Source: the human T2T-CHM13v2.0 reference genome, Homo sapiens. From it: a stretch of 64,000 nt of DNA. The stretch lies in assembly GCF_009914755.1 (NCBI RefSeq), contig NC_060943.1; one strand, given 5' to 3'. Under the pieces are notes generated by a model. The model had not been told where the DNA came from, made no database searches, and worked only from the letters and a program-made list of their open reading frames with translations. The translations under genes and the position numbers were made by a program. Of the stretch, positions 53,647 to 64,000 are shown piece after piece. Numbering within the stretch: the first letter of the stretch is position 1; every line of letters starts with the position of its first letter.

Positions 53647-56600
53647 ACAGAATGATTCTCAGAAACTCCTTTGTGATGTGTGCGTTCAACTCACAGAGTT
53701 TAACCTTTCTTTTCATAGAGCAGTTAGGAAACACTCTGTTTGTAAAGTCTGCAAGTGTATATTCAGACCTCCTTGAGGCCTTCGTTGGAAACGGGATTTC
53801 TTCATATTATGCTAGACAGAAGAATTCTCAGTAACTTCCTTGTGTTGTGTGTATTCAACTCACAGAATTGAACGATCCTTTACACAGAGCAGACTTCAAA
53901 CACTCTTTTTGTGGAATTTGCAAGTGGAGATTTCAGCCGCTTTGAGGTCAATGGTAGAAAAGGAAATATCTTCGTATAAAAACTAGACAGAATGATTCTC
54001 AGAAACTCCTTTGTGATGTGTGCGTTCAACTCACAGAGTTTAACCTTTCTTTTCATAGAGCAGTTAGGAAACACTCTGTTTGTAAAGTCTGCAAGTGGAT
54101 ATTCAGACCTCCTTGAGGCCTTCGTTGGAAACGGGATTTCTTCATATTATGCTAGACAGAAGAATTCTCAGTAACTTCCTTGTGTTGTGTGTATTCAACT
54201 CACAGAGTTGAACGATCCTTTACACAGAGCAGACTTGAAACACTCTTTTTGTGGAATTTGCAAGTGGAGATTTCAGCCGCTTTGAGGTCAATGGTAGAAA
54301 AGGAAATATCTTCGTATAAAAACTAGACAGAATGATTCTCAGAAACTCCTTTGTGATGTGTGCGTTCAACTCACAGAGTTTAACCTTTCTTTTCATAGAG
54401 CAGTTAGGAAACACTCTGTTTGTAAAGTCTGCAAGTGGATATTCAGACCTCCTTGAGGCCTTCGTTGGAAACGGGATTTCTTCATATTATGCTAGACAGA
54501 AGAATTGTCAGTAACTTCCTTGTGTTGTGTGTATTCAACTCACAGAGTTGAACGATCCTTTACACAGAGCAGACTTGAAACACTCTTTTTGTGGAATTTG
54601 CAAGTGGAGATTTCAGCCGCTTTGAGTTCAAGGGTAGAATAGGAAATATCTTCCTATAGAAACTAGACAGAATGATTCTCAGAAACTCCTTTGTGATGTG
54701 TGCGTTCAACTCACAGAGTTCAACCTTTCTTTTCATAGAGCAGTTGGGAAACACTCTGTTTGTAAAGTCTGCAAGTGGATATTCAGAATTCTTTGAGGCC
54801 TTCGTTGGAAGCGGGATTTCTTCATATTCTGCTAGGCAGAAGAATTCTCAGTAACTTCCTTGTGTTGTGTGTATTCAACTCACAGAATTGAACGATCCTT
54901 TACACAGAGCAGATTTGAAACACTCTTTTTGTGGAATTTGCAAGTGGAGATTTCAGCCGCTTTGAGGTCAATGGTAGAATAGGAAATATCTTCCTATAGA
55001 AACTAGACAGAATGATTCTCAGAAACTCCTTTGTGATGTGTGCATTCAACTCACAGAGTTTAACCTTTCTTTTCATAGAGCAGTTAGGAAACACTCTGTT
55101 TGTAAAGTCTGCAAGTGGATATTCAGACATCCTTGAGGCTTTCGTTGGAAACGGGATTTCTTCATATTCTGCTAGAAAGAAGAATTCTCAGTAACTTCCT
55201 TGTGTTGTGTGTATTCAACTCACAGAGTTGAATGATCCTTTACACAGAACAGTCTTGAAACACTCTTTTTGTGGAATTTGCAAGTGGAGATTTCAGCCGC
55301 TTTGAGGTCAATGGTAGAATAGGAAATATCTTCCTATAGAAACTAGACAGAATGATTCTCAGAAACTCCTTTGTGATGTGTGCGTGCAACTCACAGAGTT
55401 TAACCTTTCTTTTCATAGAGCAGTTAGGAAACACTCTGTTTGTAAAGTCTGCAAGTGGATATTCAGACATCTTTGAGGCTTTCGTTGGAAACGGGATTTT
55501 TTCATATTCTGCTAGGCAGAAGAATTCTCAGTAACTTCGTTGTGTTGTGTGTTTTCAACTCACAGAGTTAAAGGATCATTTACACAGAGTAGACTTGAAA
55601 CACTCTTTTTGTGGAATTGGCAGGGTGGAGATTTCAGCCGCTTTGAGGTCAATGGTAGAAAAGGAAATATCTTCGTATAAAAACTAGACAGAGTGATTCT
55701 CAGAAACTCCTTTGTGATGTCTGCGTTCAACTCACAGAGTTTAACCTTTCTTTTCATAGAGCAGTTAGGAAACACTCTGTTTGTAAAGTCTGCAAGTGGA
55801 TATTCCGACCTCCTTGAGGGCTTCGTTGGAAACGGGATTTCTTCATATTATGCTAGACAGAAGAATTCTCAGTAACTTCCTTGTGTTGTGTGTATTCAAC
55901 TCACAGAGTTGAACGATCCTTTACACAGAGCAGACTTGAAACACTCTTTTTGTGGAATTTGCAAGTGGAGATTTCAGCCGCTTTGAGGTCAATGGTAGAA
56001 TAGGAAATATCTTCCTATAGAAAGTAGACAGAATGATTCTGAGAAACTCCTTTGTGATGTGTGCGTTCCACTCACAGAGTTTAACCTTTCTTTTCATAGA
56101 GCAGTTAGGAAACACTCTGTTTGTAAAGTCTGCAAGTGGATATTCAGACCTCCTTGAGGCCTTCGTTGGAAACGGGATTTCTTCATATTATGCTAGACAG
56201 AAGAATTCTCAGTAACTTCCTTGTGTTGTGTGTATTCAACTCACAGAGTTGAACGATCCTTTACACAGAGCGGACTTGAAACACTCTTTTTGTGGAATTT
56301 GCAAGTGGAGACTTCAGCCGCTTTGAGTTCAATGGTAGAATAGGAAATATCTTCCTATAGAAACTAGACAGAATGATTCTCAGAAACTCCTTTGTGATGT
56401 GTGCGTTCAACTCACAGAGTTTAACCTTTCTTTTCATAGAGCAGTTAGGAAACACTCTGTTTGTAAAGTCTGCAAGTGGATATTCAGACATCTTTGAGGC
56501 TTTCGTTGGAAACGGGATTTCTTCATATTCTGCTAGACAGAAGAATTCTCAGAAACTTCGTTGTGTTGTGTGTTTTCAACTCACAGAGTTGAACGATCCT

Positions 56601-59600
56601 TTACACAGAGCAGACTTGAAACACTCTTTTTGTGGAATTTGCAAGTGGAGATTTCAGCCGCTTTGAGGTCAATGGTAGAAAAGGAAATATCTTCGTATAA
56701 AAACTAGACAGAATGATTCTCAGAAACTCCTTTGTGATGTGTGCGTTCAACTCACAGAGTTTAACCTTTCTTTTCATAGAGCAGTTAGGAAGCACTCTGT
56801 TAGTAAAGTCTGCAAGTGGATATTCAGACCTCCTTGAGGCCTTCGTTGGAAAGGGGATTTCTTCATATTATGCTACACAGAAGAATTCTCAGTAACTTCC
56901 TTGTGTTGTGTGTATTCAACTCACAGAGTTGAACGATCCTTTACACAGAGCAGACTTGAAACACTCTTTTTGTGGAATTTGCAAGTGGAGATTTCAGCCG
57001 CTTTGAGGTCAATGGTAGAATAGGAAATATCTTCCTATAGAAACTAGACAGAATGATTCTCAGAAACTCCTTTGTGATGTGTGCGTTCAACTCACAGAGT
57101 TTAACCTTTCTTTTCATAGAGCAGTTAGGAAACACTCTGTTTGTAAAGTCTGCAAGTGGATATTCAGACATCCTTGAGGCTTTCGTTGGAAACGGGATTT
57201 CTTCATATTCTGCTAGAAAGAAGAATTCTCAGTAACTTCCTTGTGTTGTGTGTATTCAACTCACAGAGTTGAACGATCCTTTACACAGAGCAGACTTGAA
57301 ACACTCTTTTTGTGGAATTTGCAAGTGGAGATTTCAGCCGCTTTGAGGTCAATGGTAGAATAGGAAATATCTTCCTATAGAAACTAGACAGAATGATTCT
57401 CAGAAACTCCTTTGTGATGTGTGCGTTCAACTCACAGAGTTTAACCTTTCTTTTCATAGAGCAGTTAGGAAACACTCTGTTTGTAAAGTCTGCAAGTGGA
57501 TATTCAGACATCTTTGAGGCCTTCGTTGGAAACGGGATTTCTTCATGTTCTGCTGGACAGAAGAATTCTCAGAAACTTCCTTGTGTTGTGTGTTTTCAAC
57601 TCACAGAGTTGAACGATGCTTTACACAGAGTAGACTTGAAACACTCTTTTTGTGTAATTTGCAAGTAGAGATTTCAGCCGCTTTGTGGTCAACGGTAGAA
57701 AAGGAAATATCTTCGTATAAAAACTAGACAGAATGATTCTCAGAAACTCCTTTGTGATGTGTGCGTTCAACTCACAGAGTTTAACCTTTCTTTTCATAGA
57801 GCAGTTAGGAAACACTCTGTTTGTAAAGTCTGCAAGTGTATATTCAGACCTCCTTGAGGCCTTCGTTGGAAACGGGATTTCTTCATATTATGCTAGACAG
57901 AAGAATTCTCAGTAACTTCCTTGTGTTGTGTGTATTCAACTCACAGAATTGAACGATCCTTTACACAGAGCAGACTTCAAACACTCTTTTTGTGGAATTT
58001 GCAAGTGGAGATTTCAGCCGCTTTGAGGTCAATGGTAGAAAAGGAAATATCTTCGTATAAAAACTAGACAGAATGATTCTCAGAAACTCCTTTGTGATGT
58101 GTGCGTTCAACTCACAGAGTTTAACCTTTCTTTTCATAGAGCAGTTAGGAAACACTCTGTTTGTAAAGTCTGCAAGTGGATATTCAGACCTCCTTGAGGC
58201 CTTCGTTGGAAACGGGATTTCTTCATATTATGCTAGACAGAAGAATTCTCAGTAACTTCCTTGTGTTGTGTGTATTCAACTCACAGAGTTGAACGATCCT
58301 TTACACAGAGCAGACTTGAAACACTCTTTTTGTGGAATTTGCAAGTGGAGATTTCAGCCGCTTTGAGGTCAATGGTAGAAAAGGAAATATCTTCGTATAA
58401 AAACTAGACAGAATGATTCTCAGAAACTCCTTTGTGATGTGTGCGTTCAACTCACAGAGTTTAACCTTTCTTTTCATAGAGCAGTTAGGAAACACTCTGT
58501 TTGTAAAGTCTGCAAGTGGATATTCAGACCTCCTTGAGGCCTTCGTTGGAAACGGGATTTCTTCATATTATGCTAGACAGAAGAATTGTCAGTAACTTCC
58601 TTGTGTTGTGTGTATTCAACTCACAGAGTTGAACGATCCTTTACACAGAGCAGACTTGAAACACTCTTTTTGTGGAATTTGCAAGTGGAGATTTCAGCCG
58701 CTTTGAGTTCAAGGGTAGAATAGGAAATATCTTCCTATAGAAACTAGACAGAATGATTCTCAGAAACTCCTTTGTGATGTGTGCGTTCAACTCACAGAGT
58801 TCAACCTTTCTTTTCATAGAGCAGTTGGGAAACACTCTGTTTGTAAAGTCTGCAAGTGGATATTCAGAATTCTTTGAGGCCTTCGTTGGAAGCGGGATTT
58901 CTTCATATTCTGCTAGGCAGAAGAATTCTCAGTAACTTCCTTGTGTTGTGTGTATTCAACTCACAGAATTGAACGATCCTTTACACAGAGCAGATTTGAA
59001 ACACTCTTTTTGTGGAATTTGCAAGTGGAGATTTCAGCCGCTTTGAGGTCAATGGTAGAATAGGAAATATCTTCCTATAGAAACTAGACAGAATGATTCT
59101 CAGAAACTCCTTTGTGATGTGTGCATTCAACTCACAGAGTTTAACCTTTCTTTTCATAGAGCAGTTAGGAAACACTCTGTTTGTAAAGTCTGCAAGTGGA
59201 TATTCAGACATCCTTGAGGCTTTCGTTGGAAACGGGATTTCTTCATATTCTGCTAGAAAGAAGAATTCTCAGTAACTTCCTTGTGTTGTGTGTATTCAAC
59301 TCACAGAGTTGAATGATCCTTTACACAGAACAGTCTTGAAACACTCTTTTTGTGGAATTTGCAAGTGGAGATTTCAGCCGCTTTGAGGTCAATGGTAGAA
59401 TAGGAAATATCTTCCTATAGAAACTAGACAGAATGATTCTCAGAAACTCCTTTGTGATGTGTGCGTGCAACTCACAGAGTTTAACCTTTCTTTTCATAGA
59501 GCAGTTAGGAAACACTCTGTTTGTAAAGTCTGCAAGTGGATATTCAGACATCTTTGAGGCTTTCGTTGGAAACGGGATTTTTTCATATTCTGCTAGGCAG

Positions 59601-61919
59601 AAGAATTCTCAGTAACTTCGTTGTGTTGTGTGTTTTCAACTCACAGAGTTAAAGGATCATTTACACAGAGTAGACTTGAAACACTCTTTTTGTGGAATTG
59701 GCAGGGTGGAGATTTCAGCCGCTTTGAGGTCAATGGTAGAAAAGGAAATATCTTCGTATAAAAACTAGACAGAGTGATTCTCAGAAACTCCTTTGTGATG
59801 TCTGCGTTCAACTCACAGAGTTTAACCTTTCTTTTCATAGAGCAGTTAGGAAACACTCTGTTTGTAAAGTCTGCAAGTGGATATTCCGACCTCCTTGAGG
59901 GCTTCGTTGGAAACGGGATTTCTTCATATTATGCTAGACAGAAGAATTCTCAGTAACTTCCTTGTGTTGTGTGTATTCAACTCACAGAGTTGAACGATCC
60001 TTTACACAGAGCAGACTTGAAACACTCTTTTTGTGGAATTTGCAAGTGGAGATTTCAGCCGCTTTGAGGTCAATGGTAGAATAGGAAATATCTTCCTATA
60101 GAAAGTAGACAGAATGATTCTGAGAAACTCCTTTGTGATGTGTGCGTTCCACTCACAGAGTTTAACCTTTCTTTTCATAGAGCAGTTAGGAAACACTCTG
60201 TTTGTAAAGTCTGCAAGTGGATATTCAGACCTCCTTGAGGCCTTCGTTGGAAACGGGATTTCTTCATATTATGCTAGACAGAAGAATTCTCAGTAACTTC
60301 CTTGTGTTGTGTGTATTCAACTCACAGAGTTGAACGATCCTTTACACAGAGCGGACTTGAAACACTCTTTTTGTGGAATTTGCAAGTGGAGACTTCAGCC
60401 GCTTTGAGTTCAATGGTAGAATAGGAAATATCTTCCTATAGAAACTAGACAGAATGATTCTCAGAAACTCCTTTGTGATGTGTGCGTTCAACTCACAGAG
60501 TTTAACCTTTCTTTTCATAGAGCAGTTAGGAAACACTCTGTTTGTAAAGTCTGCAAGTGGATATTCAGACATCTTTGAGGCTTTCGTTGGAAACGGGATT
60601 TCTTCATATTCTGCTAGACAGAAGAATTCTCAGAAACTTCGTTGTGTTGTGTGTTTTCAACTCACAGAGTTGAACGATCCTTTACACAGAGCAGACTTGA
60701 AACACTCTTTTTGTGGAATTTGCAAGTGGAGATTTCAGCCGCTTTGAGGTCAATGGTAGAAAAGGAAATATCTTCGTATAAAAACTAGACAGAATGATTC
60801 TCAGAAACTCCTTTGTGATGTGTGCGTTCAACTCACAGAGTTTAACCTTTCTTTTCATAGAGCAGTTAGGAAGCACTCTGTTAGTAAAGTCTGCAAGTGG
60901 ATATTCAGACCTCCTTGAGGCCTTCGTTGGAAAGGGGATTTCTTCATATTATGCTACACAGAAGAATTCTCAGTAACTTCCTTGTGTTGTGTGTATTCAA
61001 CTCACAGAGTTGAACGATCCTTTACACAGAGCAGACTTGAAACACTCTTTTTGTGGAATTTGCAAGTGGAGATTTCAGCCGCTTTGAGGTCAATGGTAGA
61101 ATAGGAAATATCTTCCTATAGAAACTAGACAGAATGATTCTCAGAAACTCCTTTGTGATGTGTGCGTTCAACTCACAGAGTTTAACCTTTCTTTTCATAG
61201 AGCAGTTAGGAAACACTCTGTTTGTAAAGTCTGCAAGTGGATATTCAGACATCCTTGAGGCTTTCGTTGGAAACGGGATTTCTTCATATTCTGCTAGAAA
61301 GAAGAATTCTCAGTAACTTCCTTGTGTTGTGTGTATTCAACTCACAGAGTTGAACGATCCTTTACACAGAGCAGACTTGAAACACTCTTTTTGTGGAATT
61401 TGCAAGTGGAGATTTCAGCCGCTTTGAGGTCAATGGTAGAATAGGAAATATCTTCCTATAGAAACTAGACAGAATGATTCTCAGAAACTCCTTTGTGATG
61501 TGTGCGTTCAACTCACAGAGTTTAACCTTTCTTTTCATAGAGCAGTTAGGAAACACTCTGTTTGTAAAGTCTGCAAGTGGATATTCAGACATCTTTGAGG
61601 CCTTCGTTGGAAACGGGATTTCTTCATGTTCTGCTGGACAGAAGAATTCTCAGAAACTTCCTTGTGTTGTGTGTTTTCAACTCACAGAGTTGAACGATGC
61701 TTTACACAGAGTAGACTTGAAACACTCTTTTTGTGTAATTTGCAAGTAGAGATTTCAGCCGCTTTGTGGTCAACGGTAGAAAAGGAAATATCTTCGTATA
61801 AAAACTAGACAGAATGATTCTCAGAAACTCCTTTGTGATGTGTGCGTTCAACTCACAGAGTTTAACCTTTCTTTTCATAGAGCAGTTAGGAAACACTCTG
61901 TTTGTAAAGTCTGCAAGTG
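53647..61919 (+). repeat. 12-dimer (4081 bp) tandem duplication, copies apparently identical
   Basis: AAGTGTAT 53753/57834, AGATTTG, GTGCAAC, TAAAGGATCATT 55569/59650, TTCCACTC, GCGGAC, CTACACAG and CTGGAC recur at offset 4081. The ORF translations are identical across the two copies. Confidence 0.92.
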
Positions 61920-64000
61920 GATATTCAGACCTCTTTGAGGCCTTCGTTGGAAACGGGATTTCTTCATATTATGCTAGACAGAAGAATTCTCAGTAACTTC
62001 CTTGTGTTGTGTGTATTCAACTCACAGAGTTGAACGATCCTTTACACAGAGCAGACTTGAAACACTCTTTTTGTGGAAATTGCAAGTGGAGATTTCAGCC
62101 GCTTTGAGGTCAATGGTAGAAAAGGAAATATCTTCGTATAAAAACTAGACACAATGATTCTCAGAAACTCCTTTGTGATGTGTGCGTTCAACTCACAGAG
62201 TTTAACATTTCTTTTCATAGAGCAGTTAGGAAACACTCTGTTTGTAAAGTCTGCAAGTGGATATTCAGACCTCCTTGAGGCCTTCGTTGGAAACGGGATT
62301 TCTTCATATTATGCTAGACAGAAGAATTCTCAGTAACTTCCTTGTGTTGTGTGTATTCAACTCACAGAGTTGAACGATCCTTTACACAGAGCAGACTTGA
62401 AACACTCTTTTTGTGGAATTTGCAAGTGGAGATTTCAGCCGCTTTGAGGTCAATGGTAGAAAAGGAAATATCTTCGTATAAAAACTAGACAGAATGATTC
62501 TCAGAAACTCCTTTGTGATGTGTGCGTTCAACTCACAGAGTTTAACCTTTCTTTTCATAGAGCAGTTAGGAAACACTCTGTTTGTAAAGTCTGCAAGTGG
62601 ATATTCAGACCTCCTTGAGGCCTTCGTTGGAAACGGGATTTCTTCATATTATGCTAGACAGAAGAATTGTCAGTAACTTCCTTGTGTTGTGTGTATTCAA
62701 CTCACAGAGTTGAACGATCCTTTACACAGAGCAGACTTGAAACACTCTTTTTGTGGAATTTGCAAGTGGAGATTTCAGCCGCTTTGAGTTCAAGGGTAGA
62801 ATAGGAAATATCTTCCTATAGAAACTAGACAGAATGATTCTCAGAAACTCCTTTGTGATGTGTGCGTTCAACTCACAGAGTTCAACCTTTCTTTTCATAG
62901 AGCAGTTGGGAAACACTCTGTTTGTAAAGTCTGCAAGTGGATATTCAGAATTCTTTGAGGCCTTCGTTGGAAGCGGGATTTCTTCATATTCTGCTAGGCA
63001 GAAGAATTCTCAGTAACTTCCTTGTGTTGTGTGTATTCAACTCACAGAATTGAACGATCCTTTACACAGAGCAGACTTGAAACACTCTTTTTGTGGAATT
63101 TGCAAGTGGAGATTTCAGCCGCTTTGAGGTCAATGGTAGAATAGGAAATATCTTCCTATAGAAACTAGACAGAATGATTCTCAGAAACTCCTTTGTGATG
63201 TGTGCATTCAACTCACAGAGTTTAACCTTTCTTTTCATAGAGAAGTTAGGAAACACTCTGTTTGTAAAGTCTGCAAGTGGATATTCAGACATCCTTGAGG
63301 CTTTCGTTGGAAACGGGATTTCTTCATATTCTGCTAGAAAGAAGAATTCTCAGTAACTTCCTTGTGTTGTGTGTATTCAACTCACAGAGTTGAATGATCC
63401 TTTACACAGAACAGTCTTGAAACACTCTTTTTGTGGAATTTGCAAGTGGAGATTTCAGCCGCTTTGAGGTCAATGGTAGAATAGGAAATATCTTCCTATA
63501 GAAACTAGACAGAATGATTCTCAGAAACTCCTTTGTGATGTGTGCGTGCAACTCACAGAGTTTAACCTTTCTTTTCATAGAGCAGTTAGGAAACACTCTG
63601 TTTGTAAAGTCTGCAAGTGGATATTCCGACCTCCTTGAGGGCTTCGTTGGAAACGGGATTTCTTCATATTATGCTAGACAGAAGAATTCTCAGTAACTTC
63701 CTTGTGTTGTGTGTTTTCAACTCACAGAGTTCAACGATCCTTTACACAGAGTAGACTTGAAACACTCTTTTTGTGGAATTGGCAGGGTGGAGATTTCAGC
63801 CGCTTTGAGGTCAATGGTAGAAAAGTAAATATCTTCGTATAAAAACTAGACAGAGTGATTCTCAGAAACTCCTTTGTGATGTCTGCGTTCAACTCACAGA
63901 GTTTAACCTTTCTTTTCATAGAGCAGTAAGGAAACACTCTGTTTGTAAAGTCTGCAAGTGGATATTCAGACCTCCTTGAGGCCTTCGTTGGAAACGGGAT

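Larger units (their letters stand above)
1..64000 (+). repeat. Alpha satellite tandem array, SF1 J1/J2 dimeric type (~340 bp EcoRI dimer, ~188 copies), most consistent with the active centromeric array D1Z7/D5Z2/D19Z3 (S1C1/5/19H1L)
   Basis: GAATTC recurs at 91, 431 and onward with a 340 bp period. Monomers alternate 169 bp (ATTCTCAG 264 to 433, with CENP-B box) and 171 bp. Alphoid motifs CAACTCACAGAGTT and GAAACACTCT are in every monomer, and dimer-to-dimer identity is very high. Family assignment is from recognition of the SF1 dimer consensus, not a database search. Confidence 0.97.

Noticed and set aside
149-63937. Hundreds of 60-114 aa ORFs on both strands (MILRNSFVMCAF..., MFPNCSMKRK...)
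   Set aside because: They are translations of the satellite unit, recurring every 340 bp and freely gaining stops and frameshifts; there is no coding signal.
1-64000. CRISPR-like or other repeat-spacer array
   Set aside because: There are no unique spacers; the whole unit is repeated and is recognisable alphoid DNA.
1-64000. Inversion, L1/Alu insertion or transition to monomeric/divergent alpha satellite
   Set aside because: Orientation and phase are continuous; box-to-box arithmetic (188 x 340 + 14) leaves no room for an out-of-register insert, and no foreign sequence was seen.
1-64000. Assignment to chromosome 1 versus 5 versus 19, or to the kinetochore (CDR) site
   Set aside because: This needs chromosome-specific k-mer mapping and methylation or CENP-A data that the sequence alone does not provide.

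Overview
The whole 64 kb window is one uninterrupted, head-to-tail, single-orientation array of human-type centromeric alpha satellite of suprachromosomal family 1 (J1/J2 dimer). The unit is about 340 bp (169 + 171 bp) and carries an EcoRI site and a CENP-B box in every second monomer. There are 189 box positions from 49 to 63983; that span equals 188 x 340 + 14, which matches the indels seen (25 one-base insertions, 11 deleted bases). The sequence best fits the live dimeric array shared by chromosomes 1, 5 and 19 (D1Z7/D5Z2/D19Z3, S1C1/5/19H1L); the chromosome cannot be assigned by eye. I found no genes, transposons, inversions or non-satellite DNA, and the ORF track is simply translated satellite. 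I did not find a new gene system. What is of interest is internal structure: a cryptic roughly 7-dimer order of variant dimers, nested local duplications of 4 to 21 dimers with mappable crossovers, short conversion tracts, CpG-confined CENP-B box losses that often occur in adjacent pairs, and variants that look like quasi-palindrome template switches. All comparisons were made by eye and need alignment to confirm.
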